Below the pieces are notes generated by a model, which saw only the letters and a list, made by a program, of their open reading frames with translations, had not been told where the DNA came from and did not search any database. A stretch of DNA of 63,076 nucleotides, counting the filler, from Sphacelaria rigidula (lineage: Eukaryota): assembly GCA_964200075.2 (NCBI GenBank). It is 7 parts of 7 records of this genome, joined end to end, with 100 filler letters (N's around TTAATTAATTAA, not from the genome) between each part and the next. Parts side by side here need not be neighbours in the genome. Positions count along the whole stretch, not along the records: positions 9,028 to 17,953 come from CAXNAA020009735.1; positions 18,054 to 26,979 come from CAXNAA020009736.1; 5 more parts are not named here. One strand, 5' to 3'. Shown piece by piece: positions 12,067-25,612 of the stretch (position 1 is its first letter; each line of letters starts with the position of its first letter). Both the position numbers and the translations under genes were made by a program.

Positions 12067-14019
12067 TGGGTAGGAATGAAGCCCGATTTTGGGTACTATA
12101 TTCATGGAAAGTGCAAGCTGAACGCTACATGCGTCAGATGTGGTCCGTAATCCAACGAATCATGTCAATGGAAAATACACGCGTCACCTACAAATGACGA
12201 TTCGCCTCAAAAAAATGAACTATATTCCTAGTATATTTATTCAAGCCTGGGGGCGTCCTCATTTGTTTTATTCAAGCCTGGGAGTGGTCGGTGTTGAGGT
12301 GATTTTGTTCCTGCGGAAAGCTCGCTCCACATCAGGAGATGGACAAACCTGTTGCACTAGCTAATAGATGATTTCCTCTCTCTGTACCAGTCCGGAAGCA
12401 CACGCCTGCGAGCTGCCACCCCACGTTTACCGTCATTGCGAGATAACAAAAAAAGAGCACGAACAGCAGCTGTTGTGGCCGCTACACACCAACGTAACCG
12501 CAGTGAAACGCGTGCCTGACATGGTGCTAGAACGAGAAAGTACGGAAATTTGGAGATCATGAGCAGCAGCGTCGCGCATCAGGAAGCTACTGAGAACGAT
12601 GCTGATGATGTTGGCGATCAAGTGGTTCATGCTGTGCGGATTGGCTACGCGCTGCATGTCCTACACACAGCCATGACCGCGGGATTGGAGAGTGAACTTC
12701 TCATGGGCCCCATGGGGTCAGGGTCATTGCATGAGTGGAAGGAACCCCATCTTGTCAGTCGCTTGGGGACGGTCTGGTTCTCGCTGTCCAGGTCAACATC
12801 TTCAACGTCATTTTCTCCCTATTTTCAGTATCTACGAATATGTGTACAGGCGGTCACTTGAAACATCGTGGCCCTACCGACCTAGGCATACACGGTGCGC
12901 AGTCTGAAATCAAAATCACTCTTTGCGCCTTGGTTTCTCTGCTGAAACCCTCAGACACAACAGTCGAAGTTCATGTGTGACCTCGCTCTCTGCAACTCAA
13001 ACTCAATACATGAAGGGTACTCGCTGTTGAAAGGCGAAGTTGCCCTTCGTGCACAGCCGTACAGAACAAAGCAGCAGCACCTGATAGCATGCCACAAAGT
13101 GAAAAACGAAGCTTCTCAAACACTGCATAGTTTGCATCTCATTCTGATACTAATGATATAATACTATATACAGACAGTTACTAAATACATGACCGCGGTC
13201 ACCAGCAGATGTAACGGCACATACTCGTACTAAATTCACTCTCAACGCCTTGGCTCCTTCACTGGAGCCCTGACATGAAGCAGCCGCTAGCTTTGTCCTT
13301 CTTCTCTCAACTCTCCCTCGGTAATTCGACGCTTCAAAGGATACTCGCCGTTGAAAGGCGAATTTGCCCTTTGTGCACAGCCTTTGTGCACAGCCGCTCA
13401 GAACAAAGCAGCGTCTGGGGGCACGCAACCGAAGTGCATGTGGTCACAACTTGCTTCCAGGAGGAAAAGCAGTCTACTCATCGATTTTTTTGAAAATGTC
13501 ATCTTCGACCTCGAAATACGCTACTGATCCTCAACCCGAAAGTGCCGATCGCGCACCGCTTACAACTTGGCAACGAAGCGAGGGATTGGACAACGGTTTC
13601 TTGCGTGTCCCACACACCCAACCTGTGTCGCAACGTTTCGTTGTAGCGTTCACGCGTGATGCTGACTCGCAAATGACCTAAATCTCTAAAGTAAGGTGTT
13701 TTCTGCTCTGGGAGGGAGTTTCGTGCCGCTGACGCGACTCCAGCAAAATACCAATTGTTAGCCCGTAGATGTTGAGTGTGAGCGGGGGGCTGTCAAGTGC
13801 CCTGGACCGGCTTGCTTCCTGTGTCGAGAGCCGCTCGATCTCCAGCGCTAGAGCTTTCCCATACTTGACCAACTGAATAAGTGATGAACTGTGTGTTCTG
13901 TTCGTGAGGGCCTCGGGACAGGTTCGACCACCTACTGACGTGTTCATTATTCTTCCGCGTTATTTCTTATTTTGAACCTTGTGCTGATTTTTGGTCGTTA
14001 GGGCCTACATTCCTACCCA
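12067..14019. mobile_element. ~1.95-kb TA-flanked TIR element with no recognisable transposase
   Basis: TIR TGGGTAGGAATG(A/T)AG at both ends, TA on each side. It splits the host repeat unit seen intact at 10848-10884. Confidence 0.7.
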
Positions 14020-15654
14020 TAACTGTTTCTTCACACCGGGAGTCGAGTTCGAGTCCTAGGTCGGGTATTTTTTTCCTGCTAGTGGTGCCGTATAAGAATA
14101 CAGTTTTTCAACACCGGGAGTCGATTTTGTCTTCCATTGCAATTTTCGCACTTTCTTTCATCATTCATACCCGCGGTCCTTTTTCTCATCGTCTCGCAAG
14201 TGTTCTTCCCATCATCATATTATCCCTTCCCACTTCCATCAACCCACGTCATCTTTTCTGTAAAGAAACAAAATAACCTCGAAGGCATCGGTGCGAGCAG
14301 AGGGAATGCTACGACATATCGACCGTCGCCCTCTTTCTACGTCGCGCTGCAATCTTTCTCCTATGCACTTTTCCTCATCGTCCCACCCGCAATCCAGTAT
14401 TCAGGAGCAGGAAAAAAAATGGAATCAAATATACTAAAATAATAATAATGATACTCGTAGTAAAATATGAACAACCCAAGGGATTTCGGCCAGCAGACTA
14501 GATACAGACACACACCAGTGGGCACCGCAGAACCACCGACTAAGGATGTAATCAACAACCTGTACAACATGAAATTGTAACCGAGAATCATTTCTCACAA
14601 GAGCTTGGCAAGGCAAGAACACCGCGACCCTCCAAGAAGACAGGCGGGACCGGGGCGCTCTGCTGTCTCGGATATCCACTTTTGCTCGTCGTTCTACCCG
14701 CAATCCTTGAGGAGTTTACGCGTGTTTTGTTTTATACGCAAGATGAACATTTCGAGAGAGGATGCATTCTTACGAGGGGCTGGCAAGGCAAAAATACCGA
14801 GACCCTCGAAAAAGACGGACGGGACCGGGGCGCAGCCCCGGTTCCCTTGCGGTTTGTACATGTACATATTATTAAAGGTTCGTTTTTGTTTGTTCAGCAT
14901 GCCTTTGCGGTTCTCCATGCCAAGTTCCAGATCACAAGTCTAGAAAAATTGAGCTGAAAAGCTGAGGTAAGGTCCGAGAACGTTGTTCATTTTCCCTCGA
15001 AACTCCCTTGAAAAAATGGGGAAAAAAAATCGGAAAAAAGTAAAAGCTGATTTCTACACGTATCACTATGCACTAGTGATTCTCCCTACGAAATTTCAAA
15101 GCACAACTCCCAAGAACTGAGACGCGATATCCAGATTTACTGCGTTTAGTGCCTCTGCTCGTAACATATTGATTTCAGTATGTAATATTTCGTGCGCCAT
15201 ACCTCGATATAGATGACGAATTAGGCGAAGGTGAGTGTATCGATCGTTTCCCCGTGCTCCAGGGAACGTCCACACCAAAAATCGTCAAAATCCGCTGTAT
15301 GTATCGTGCGGGGATTCACATGGACTCTAGTATGGGCGGTATCTCTGTACGGTGTAGGAATTACTAGACACGGGGTTTCATCAACGAGAACACATTGGCC
15401 CAGACGTTTGAGCAGACGGGCACCTTCCTCTTGGTCAGACGAGTAGTACGATATGCGGATCACGGCACAACTTGTCTGTGTCGATGGGATACTACTTTCA
15501 ACAGCTTAAATCCGCGTCCAGGCCGGCCCAGCTCGTAGCTTTTTCGATCAAAAACATGCGGTCAAAAGACGCGAAGGGGCACTTGACTTCTATTTTATAG
15601 ACCACCACGCCAGATACCATCCGTTCATAGAACCATGCAAGCTCCATCCAATTC

Positions 15655-16205
15655 TCCCTCAGCCACCACCGCAACCCTGCAGCATAGAGCACGAGTTGAG
15701 CACAGGGATAGGTACACAGCAGTTGTTGGTTGGGTATGATGTGTTTGTTTTGTGTCGGCGAAAACTTGAGCATCTTCTTTCATGGTAAGGATCAGCGACG
15801 GAACTGCATGGTGGGGTGGGCAACCGAGTTGGGCACACGCTCATGGACAAAGCAGGCAGTACAAAGGCGCATGTTGTCCAAGTCCTCCTCACGTTGCATT
15901 GTCAGCAGGGAGAACACATGGTTCTGGGCTGTCTGCACTGCCCATTGTCCGCTTCTCTTTCACATCCTCCTGTACGAAACACGCACGCACGCACTCGAGA
16001 CGCTGCATGGAAACAGTCCAGACAGTACGAGTACAGGCTGTCTGTACTGTACACCATGTACCATTTCACGAATTTCACTGTATTTTTTCGATCGAAAGGC
16101 TGCAAATTCGCTTGGACCCAACTCGGGAAATATGAGTGAATTTCGCTCAAATCAATTCCACCGCCCCATTTTTCCGATCGAAAAAAAATGTGCAAAGACA
16201 CGCCC
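15655..16205 (+). repeat. Dispersed repeat; opposite-strand copy at 19272-19850, fragment at ~49630-49685
   Basis: Shared translations such as YPCAQLVLYAAGLRW and SIF(F/S)HG(K/R)D(Q/R)RRNCMVG show nucleotide homology. Confidence 0.8.
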
Positions 16206-16332
16206 TCAGGGAGGGGGGTGAGGGGGAAGGGTACTAGATCGCCAACCCCCCTCTCCCAAACGCCCGTTCCGTCTAGCAAGGTATGCGTGGTCAACGGCTA
16301 AATGACGAAGCCAAGCAACAAATGAGTTCACT

Positions 16333-16363
<31 letters not shown>

Positions 16364-16809
16364 CCCCAACCCCAAACGCCAGACAAAGTCCTGAATAAAA
16401 TGTTACCACATTAAATCCCAAACAAAATGAGCCGGCGTCGAAGAGGGGGGGTAAGGTGGTACCGACCCTGATAGCGAGGAGGGTAGCATACGATCCACGT
16501 ACCCCTGGTGATGCGTAGGTGTGGAAATGAAAATAAAAAGAGGGACCCCCACTCATCAGCAGTGTAAGGAAGGAAAGAAAAAAAGAATAAACAGAAGTAA
16601 ATGAAATTACGTGAACTGAAGGATGGGCAACAGAGAATAGGAAAAACAAGAGGCAGTGGCGAAAAAAATGAAACAAGAAGTAAAAATATGAATGATGAAA
16701 ATATCGAATATATAAATAATATCGAATATATAAATAAACAAATAGAAAAAGAATGCAGGGGCTCACCTCGGTATGCCTTTCTGAGGTTGATAGCGTTAAC
16801 CCCAGTATC

Positions 16810-17047
16810 CAGCCATCACGGTAACGCACGGTAGGTACATTTTGGATGGTAACTGATTACCCTGGCACTCATCGGTACAGGAACCAGCCACCTTGGTAGT
16901 GATGCACGGTGAATTTCGGATGGTACTGGCCACCCTGGTTCTCAATGGTACAAGAACCAGCCGCACCATGGTCGTGCACGGTAAATTTTGGATGATGACG
17001 TGCCACCCTGGTACTTTTTGGCACGGGAACCAGCCACCACGGTAATG
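16810..17047 (+). repeat. Degenerate tandem repeat, ~73-bp unit, just over 3 copies
   Basis: Recurring ccagcc...gcacggt...ggatg...accctgg...g(g/a)aaccagcc. Confidence 0.75.
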
Positions 17048-17071
17048 ATGATTATTATGTTCCTAAGATCA

Positions 17072-17442
17072 GGGACGGATTTTGTTTTCGGAACGGACGT
17101 CTTTCGTGGCTTACACCACGATGGTCGAATCGTCCGAAACGGCCGTCTTGCCCCTGGAAGCCTGTGTGATGTGACGAAATGTTTGGTGAAAAAAATATTT
17201 GAAATCGACGTGGTGAGTGCTGAGTGGTGAGGCAAAACGTCTAATAAAAAACAATGAAAAAAAAAAAGACGAAAACATTTTTTTGGTTTCATCACATGGA
17301 AGGCGTCACATGCTACAAATGTGATTGCGCCAAAAATCCCGTCAGGTCACGGGCTTTCAGTGGGAGACGGTCGCTTCGGACGCTTCGACCGCCTTGGTGT
17401 GAATCACGAAAAACCTCCCGTTCCGGAAAATAATCCGCACCG
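17072..17442. mobile_element. Foldback/MITE-like element with ~130-bp imperfect inverted arms
   Basis: cggattttgttttcggaacgg...ggtcgaatcgtccgaaacggccgtct pairs with agacggtcgcttcggacgcttcgacc...ccgttccggaaaataatccg. Confidence 0.7.
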
Positions 17443-17953
17443 AAAGTAGCCCGTTCCTCATCTCACGAGCATGTTGTTAATTGTATTTTTGTGTCTTGTG
17501 TGTAATTTTTCAGCGTGTGGTAACCCACGGTCAGAACTTCCGAAGCCTAGACATCCAAAAAACACGAAATCGCACGTGGACCCAAGGTGGACCTGTTGTT
17601 CGCGAAACTCAACTAATAGTATATATATAGAATATTTCGAACGCACGAGGGTCAACCATACCTTGTAACGAGGCGTCCACGAGATTTACCGCTGACTTTA
17701 GTGCGCAAGTTCCTCCGCACCCGCCCCAAGCGATGACTGTTCAGGCCAATGCCAATGCTATGGGCCCGGTTAGCGGATTCGTGCTCTACATTGTGCGAGG
17801 GTACACATGCGTTCGCAACCGTTTGAACGAACGCGTGATCGCGATAGCCCTGCAATGTTTCCGGTGGGCATGAACATTTCGAGGGAAAATCTATGAGCAA
17901 TGGACTAGAAAAGGTATACCTTCTCGTTTTTTGCCCAAGAAAGGTACGAAAAA

Positions 17954-18053
17954 NNNNNNNNNNNNNNNNNNNNNNNNNNNNNNNNNNNNNNNNNNNNTTA
18001 ATTAATTAANNNNNNNNNNNNNNNNNNNNNNNNNNNNNNNNNNNNNNNNNNNN
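17954..18053. other. Artificial contig linker
   Basis: N44-TTAATTAATTAA-N44. Confidence 0.97.
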
Positions 18054-18404
18054 GGATGTGAGATCAATGGTCTGATGACTATGGCATGCATGATCATGAT
18101 TACACCCTACAATACCACACTTTAGCAGTTTCGCACACCATGCACACCGCAGTGATACCGTCAAACGACTCTCAAGTTTCGTACCATGCAACCGTTTCCT
18201 TAAGCCCATGACCGAGGATAGCTCTGGAGTTTTCGCCGCCCATGTACTATGCAGCGCAAGACTCCAGGCTGTGTCTGCAGAAGGGTCTGTCAGCACTTTT
18301 GTCCCACCCGTGGGCTATGGCTTATAAAACCTTCAAGGGCAGGGCGGGCAAGGTATGTACTTTGAATACTAGGCTAGCATACCCGTGTATTAACTCTGTC
18401 TGAC

Positions 18405-18860
18405 GTTTGGGTAGATTGGGTATGACCTAAATACTCTACCAAAATTTTAGATAGATTTTGTACAATCTAAATATTCTACCCGAACATAAGGTAAGCACTG
18501 TTCGCAATGTCACTTCCGAATGCCCTTACTGCTCCAACCAAAGTTTGGGTAATCTTGGTACGATTTTTACACTTTACCCAAATTTGGGCAAGCACTGTCA
18601 GCCATACCCGGGCAAAGAGTGTCACTTGCGTATGGCCCCAATACTCTACCCACAATTTGAGTAAGTTGGGTACGATGAACAATACTCTGCTCACATTTTG
18701 GGTGGATCGGGTACCTGAAACACTCTACCCAAATTTGGGTAACGCTCTCAGCAATACCTGGGTATAGAGTATCACTAGGGGGGTGGTCTTAATACTTTAC
18801 CCAAAACTTGGGCGAGTTGGCTACCATCTTTGATACTCTCTACCCACAGTTTGGGTATGT
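18405..18860 (+). repeat. Degenerate minisatellite built on actctacccaaatttgggt
   Basis: Motif recurs many times with variable spacers. Confidence 0.7.
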
Positions 18861-18919
18861 TGCACACGTCGGACAGATCAGTCCCTGTCGCTTGAGATGA
18901 ATCGCTTTCAGCGTAGCTG

Positions 18920-19190
18920 CCTCGTGAGCTATGAGAGCGGCATGAGCTACGCATGTTTTTCCTGGGGAAGCTATGGGAGCAACATGAGCCACGCATGTTT
19001 ACTCTAGGTGAGCGACCAGCCAGTAGCTCATCAGCTCACGTTCGACTGGATGAGGTGCTGTGAGAGCTCAATGAGCAACGCATATTTGTCCTAGGTGAGC
19101 TACCAACCCGTAGCTCATCAGCGCACGTTTACCCTGCGTAAGCCATCGGACGTAGCTCGCATCAACATGTTTGACTATAAGTGAGTTACA
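18920..19190 (+). repeat. Degenerate tandem repeat (atgagc...cgcatgttt...taggtgagc)
   Basis: Visible recurring units. Confidence 0.6.
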
Positions 19191-19467
19191 GCCCGCAGAT
19201 GAGGTAGCATACGATCTGTCTGGCGTGTGGTAGATTGGGTACGATTACGATACTCTACTCAAATGGTGGGGAAGGCCGTGTCTTAGGACATCACTTCTCG
19301 ATCGAAAAACAGGTGCCGTGGAATTGATTTGAGCAAACTCGTTCATTTTTAGCGAGTTGGGTCGAAGCTTTCGATCGAAAAAGACGCTGAATTTCTCGTG
19401 GAGCGGTAAATGTTCGCTTGTCCACAGCACAGCGCTGTACTCTCTGCGCTGTATGCATAGTGTGTGG

Positions 19468-19468
<1 letters not shown>

Positions 19469-19510
<42 letters not shown>

Positions 19511-19530
19511 CGCGCGCGCGTGCGTGCGTG
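19469..19530. repeat. (TG)n followed by (CG)n microsatellite
   Basis: Direct reading. Confidence 0.95.
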
Positions 19531-22500
19531 TTTGGTAATGTAGGATGTGAAAGAGAAGCGGGCAACGTGCAGTACAGACAACGCAGGGCTATCTGCTCTC
19601 TCTGCCTGCAGTGCGATTTGAAAATGGCTCGAAAACCTTGGAGCAGCTCTGTACCACCTGCACCGTACATGAGTGTACACAAGACGACCGCCAACCCTAC
19701 CATGCAGTTCCGTCGCCGATCTCTACCATGGGAGAAGATGCTCAAGTTTTTACTGAAAAAAAAAAAACATAATACCCAACTGTTGCAGTGTATCTATCCC
19801 TGTGCCCAACTCGTGCTCTATGCTGCAGGGTTGCGGTGGTAGCTGAGAATGAGCCGTGTGGGGGCGGTGACCTCGAATGCCTTTGTTGTGGTCCGGTTAG
19901 CTAGGATCTGTTTTTTGTTGAGGTTGAATTGTCTAGGGGAAAAGCATCGGCAAGAACCGTAAAAAAAGTTACAATTCGGTTTCCTCGATCGATCGTGTGT
20001 TCAGACGATTTCTCCACAGGCCCTCTACCCGTTCACGAAATCAATCAAGTCACGACCATGTCCTGTTCCTCCGCACACAGTTCTTTGACTTCCGACTTTT
20101 CCACCGTAGAGTTTCTCAGGGTTCACAAGTACGCTTTGGAGAACCATATCCCTATCTCTCATCTTATCACGAGGCACACTTCGCCTCCCGCCCCCTCTGC
20201 CCCCCTCCGCCCCCGTCGGAACTCTCTCATGAGTGAATGCATGCCTAGAGCCCGACTACACGTACCGAATGCAGAGAGCTCCTATTCCAGCGGTAGACTA
20301 CCGAGATTTCCTTTCACTCAGGTAACCGCAACACTGTAACTTTGCCACGGTGCGTACCATTGTCGTCCGGTCCTGTACCCTACCGCACCGGTGTTTCGGA
20401 GAACTAAATGCCGTATCCCGAACGAAACCGAGGTGATAAAAATCCACCCCCTACAGGGCGCCCACATATACCGGAAGGTGTAGACCAGCGCCCAGAATAG
20501 ATGGGACGTCAACACACACAAAGTACCGCACTTCACCAGTATCGTCGAACGGAAGTCAAGTTCCGTACCGTGCAACCACTCTCCAAAAGCCGTACCCGAG
20601 GAGAGCTCTAGAGGTTTTGCGGCCTATATATCACATAGCACGGTACTCAGAGCTGTGTCTACCAAAAGGTCATTAACACCCCATACCACATAAGGTAGTG
20701 GCGGGATCACCGCTCATGGTGGTTTCCATCTACCCAATACAAGTGTGCGGTACTGTATTGTACTATAGCCTCTGTGTCACGAATGTGTGCGTAGCAACAG
20801 CTCGGCGGGCCCGAGCCACCCTATTTCTGTCCAGGCAAGGTGTTTCCCACCAGAACAAACTTCAGATCTACTCCTCCAAGCCCTCCCAACAAGAGGTCAC
20901 CCGCATGGTCGGACGCTGTAGGAGTGAAGTCAGCACATATATTTTTGTATTTCCAACCCGCGGTCCGAGGATAGAAGAGCTGAAGGTATGCCCGGTAGGT
21001 TTCATTGAGGTGCATGGTGAGCCTGAAAATCAAGCTCCATGAGAGTACCTTGCTTTTTACCATGTTTGAGGTCGGCAATTACATATGAAGATGACTGAGG
21101 TTCGGGCGGTTGCTGCGGAGCCCCGGTGGTGTAACCGGTCTAGCTGAAACTAATTCAAGCGGAAGATGAGGGGGCTCGAAGCCCATCAAATACGTGTGGG
21201 TGTTTTCCACTGAAGAGTACCTGATTCTCGTCGCTGAAAGCAGGAAAACTTGAGTTTGTTTGACGAGAGTCGACGCGGTAGGTTAGTGCTGATCTAATCC
21301 GTGATACATAAGTGTACGGTGTGTATCGGGGGGAACGAGGGGTGAATCCCTCGAGACCACTGACTGGTCTCGAGTAAGGGGAGCGGCTACAGGCGTCGCG
21401 AAAGCAGGAAACGGAACATGGCTTTGCCTAGAGTATGACCACAGTTCAGTCCGAAATCTCTGGTGACAGGTAGTCACTTCACCTCACGAACACCTAACGC
21501 GCTGCTACACAGTCGTGTTCGCGGTATGTGACTAGACGCTACTATTGCAGCGTACTTCATGTCGAATGATGTATTTTCGCGCTGTGTGTTCCTGCAGCGT
21601 GCTAACTGGCGGTTACACGGGCAGCCAATCCCTTCCAAAGTATGTCACCAGCAAAGTACTCCAGAGCAAGTAACCATGACCTTTAGAAAATCGAGGATAT
21701 AAGATATACCTTGACGGGTCAAGATCGCCCCGGATTATGCGGTTATGTGACACCTCTAGAGGGCACACATTGCTCAGAACGGAAATCAAGCCTGAATTCC
21801 GGCACGGGAAGATAAGGTTCTCATCGACTCCTACACAGATTAAAGCAGAGTCACAAACAACGTGCTTAGCTGATGAGCAGCTGCAGGTCGAGCGTTGCGC
21901 TCCTAGTTTCCTCTTGTGATGTGATAGGTGGACGTCTGATTCTGCTGTGTTCTGTGGTTCAAGCCTTGGCATGCGCCCCCTGCGCACGGGACATCTGCGT
22001 CCCTATCCTGCTTGAAACACAATCGATCCAGCCGATCTAGCCGACAAAAGCTACCAAGTCAGCTCGGCAGCTCGCCTGCCTACAACGCCCACGTTGAGTC
22101 CCAACGAAACAGGTCTGGGAATTTGAACGAGCGTGACTGAAACTCATGACCGAAACACGTTACACCTACAGTATCCGACCCGAGTCATCACGCACAGACA
22201 TCCACAGCACGAGTGCATCACGCCTAGCGCTACCTCTTGCTCACCTACAGCGTTGTTTTGTTTTACGCCAGTCCGTTCGGTATTCAAAGAGGACCGGCAG
22301 TGTGTGTTCGAGTCGCGTAAGTTGCTAATGATGGAGCTGTTGCCCATTGGTATATGCGTTAGACGGCGCCGGTTGTACAGAAATCACTGTGCCTAATTCA
22401 CTTTGTTAACCTTCGACCGTGAACCCGTCTCAGTTGGACTCAGACGGACTATGCAATATTTGGGGTTCAGAACAGCTGTTTCCGCCACTACACAAGAGGC

Positions 22501-24469
22501 ATTGTTTGACGGGCATGTGGATGTTGGGCACACGGAGAAAACATGGTACCTGAGAACCTCTCACCCGTTTTGACCCTGCAGTCAAGTGCGCGCAGGATCA
22601 GAACATCTGAGTGTACGTTTCATGTCTTGGCCGTCAATGTATGTTGTATGTCCTCGCCGGATAAAAACGCAAGAAGCAGTCACAAAGCAATCACTCTCCA
22701 CTGAACACAGTCAATTGTGCTCCACAACATCAATACAGAGAGTGTGAAGCCATGTTGGCAACACCAGAGGGGTCGAGACGGCAGTAAGGACCAGGAGCAG
22801 AGTGGAAAGCACGTTGCTTGTGTCCATGTTATCTATAGTTGAATGGCCATGCCCAGAATAGGAAAGACAACTATATTACACCGCGACGTAGTCCATCACT
22901 CCATCTCACTCACTCAATTACTATTCTGCCCAATCACACCTCTGAAAATGGTCCCTCCGCTCCTTGCCGGCCTCGTTCCTGGCGTCGATTTTCCGTGGCG
23001 GGCTTTCAAACACGCTGTAAGTGTCGATAGCATCCCCCCGAAAAACGAGCTCCTTACTCCGTTTCACCCCGACGACACCAACTTGAGGGTTGCATCCCAA
23101 TCACGACCTGCTTCTTTCCCCAAAACCTATCGATGCTAGGACTTTCAAGTACGACGAAAGAATAGTGTACAAGAAAACTCAGGGAAGTACCCCACAATGA
23201 AAATTGACCGGGGGTGTTATTGACCGTTTTGGTAGAGTTGTGGTTCGTGAACCTCTCGGCGCTTCGACGATCCGATTCAAAATTCAAGTCATGGTTCGAA
23301 CGTATTCGTGAATGAAGAATCTTCCTGAATCTTCGAATCATTAGAATTATTCGTAATCCGTGAATCACGAATATTCGCAGCAACAAGCAAACATGGACGA
23401 CTGGTTGGCGCCTTTCCCGTTTGCAGTGAGTCAGTTTCGCTGCGATATAGAGTACATAGCCAACATGAACGACAGCCGATCGCCAGTACACATGGCAGTC
23501 CATCGCTCAGCTTGACGTTTGCGCTCAGTCAGTTATTGTCCACCATTTCATCATTTCATTATTTATTACTCATGCATTGAAGAAAAATCACAAGAAATAC
23601 AAATACAAAAAGCCAGCCAGTCTTCACGCCGTCACCAACAAAGAGCAAATCCGGCAAAGCTCTGCAACGCTGCAACATATTTGCCATGTAGTTTTTATGG
23701 GGGTGTAGTCAAATAGCTGAAATATATATACATATATATATATATTCCTTCCACAAACACATGCACCGAAGTGAGGTGAAATACACGGAACAGGCTGTAG
23801 AGCACGCGAAAGTCAACACGCCAAAACCCGCTTACGTTCAACATCAATCAATTAGCCAGCATCTCAACATTACTATGTACTACTCTGTATACGTTACTAG
23901 TCCCTTAGTGCGCCGGTGTCTGTGCTCTAAAGCGTGTGTTGGGGCTGTGACAACGGCCGCAGCGGGTGACTTATTTATTACGCCGCACGGGTTTCGAATA
24001 TTCGCCTCGAATTCCGATTTCGAATAATTCGACGAATAACTCGTGCCTCGGAACCGAGGTACAAATATTCGTCGTCGATTCGAAAAATAACTCGAACTGG
24101 CGAATAATTGTTCGAATTTTCTACATCCCTAAAGAAAATCACAGTCTCTGGGCTCAACTTCAATGAACAGGTTAGAAACTTCACCTAAATTTATTTACAA
24201 AAACGATTTGGACTGATCCAATTAAGTAAAAATCTCCCAAGAGTCAGAACCTGCGGGTGGGTGGTCGTAGGACCCCCCGAGGACTGGTCAGCCCGTACGC
24301 CGTTCAATACTGAGTCAAGAGATTATTAATTTCTCGAGAGTGTCGAGAGGACGCCTGCTATGGCATCTCTCCCGATCGCCAAACTTTGGGATCAACGGTT
24401 AACCGGGATGAGCGGTGGCACTCGAAAAACGATTTATGTTGCCGACTACGATGAAAGTACAGAACCTCC

Positions 24470-25117
24470 GGGCCAATCGCCATAAATGGGTATACTGCCT
24501 ACATTTTCGCCAAAACCCGGTATAGCTGGAATTCCACTGCAAAAACGCACCAAATGCTGCCGCTTGATGCGCTTTGACGTCAGCCGAGATTGTGTAAGGT
24601 GAGTACGTTTTGGGGGTGAACACACGGTAGCTGCCGCTTCCACCCCTTTTCCGCCAGCCGAGGACAGTCAGTGAGTAAAAAGTGTCTCATGTTTCCGACT
24701 TACCGGGTGCTTCGCTCCGCCGTGATATCATTGCCCGTCCACTTCGAAGCTGTGCCAAGGCCGAGTGATTGCGGGTAGAGCCCTTCATGGGTTGGGATAG
24801 CGGTGGTCGGAATGACAAAACAAACCTCCCGATATTTAGCGGCCAGGCGCCGAAAGGCTACATAGTGTGCGGAGGCGTGCGCATGTTGCGGGGCTGGCCG
24901 CGAACCTACGGTCAGGCACATCGATCGCCAAAAACCGGTGAGAGCCAAATTGATATATCACCAACAGGTACACCGCGCGTGCCTTTCGCCGGCATCCGTT
25001 GGCGGCGTGATTCGGCCAATCAGGCGGCAGCATTTCTTGCATTTCAGAAGTGCATTTTCAGCTATGGCGGTTTTTGGCGAGAATGTAGGTGGTATACCGT
25101 TTTTCGGCGATTGCCCA
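24470..25117. repeat. Imperfect inverted repeat pair (24470-24586 vs 25001-25117)
   Basis: caatcgcc...tatactgcctacattttcgccaaaa...aaatgctgccgcttgat vs atcaggcggcagcattt...ttttggcgagaatgtaggtggtata...ggcgattg. Confidence 0.7.
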
Positions 25118-25265
25118 AACCTTTTGGTTCAGCTCGAAACTACTTGTACTACAGTCGAACGTCACAGTCCAGGGGCCAACTGCCTCTCCCACGACCGCCA
25201 ACAGGACTAACACACAGCATCCCCTCGGATCTTAGCTGCTAACGCATAGGCGATTCCTTGGGTAT

Positions 25266-25612
25266 TACACGCGGCCATTTACCTACCTCCCAAAGTTCCT
25301 CCAGGTCGGTCAATTTTTCGAGCCTCCCGAGGGATGACTCCGGAGGGGTGCGCCGCCCACCAGGGGAGATTCATTATTTCCTCCTGAGCGATTGAACGCC
25401 TCCGGAGGCTTGCTTTTGCCCCTGGAGGGCCGTCATTTCTCCTGAGGCATTTTGATACCCCCGAATTTCTCCGGAGGGGTGCGCGGCCCTCCAGATCGGT
25501 GACGTTTGGTTTTCTCCAGAGGGGTTGAAGGCCTTCCGAGGCTTGTTTTGCCTCTGCAGGGCCGCGCATCCCTCCGGAGGCATTTTGGGGGGAGCCAAAT
25601 GGCCATGTGTGT
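25266..25612. mobile_element. MITE-like element with imperfect TIRs and internal CTCCGGAGG repeats
   Basis: tacac..ggccattt...cccaaa at left; ttttgggg...aaatggccatgtgtgta at right. Repeated ctccggagg. Confidence 0.55.

Noticed and set aside
15655-19850. Large inverted-repeat-bounded element
   Set aside because: The two copies are separated by a contig linker, so they are treated as dispersed repeats.
23990-24131. hAT-like terminus (…CTACATCCCTA) with CGAATAATTCG repeats
   Set aside because: No matching left TIR or TSD could be established; fragment only.
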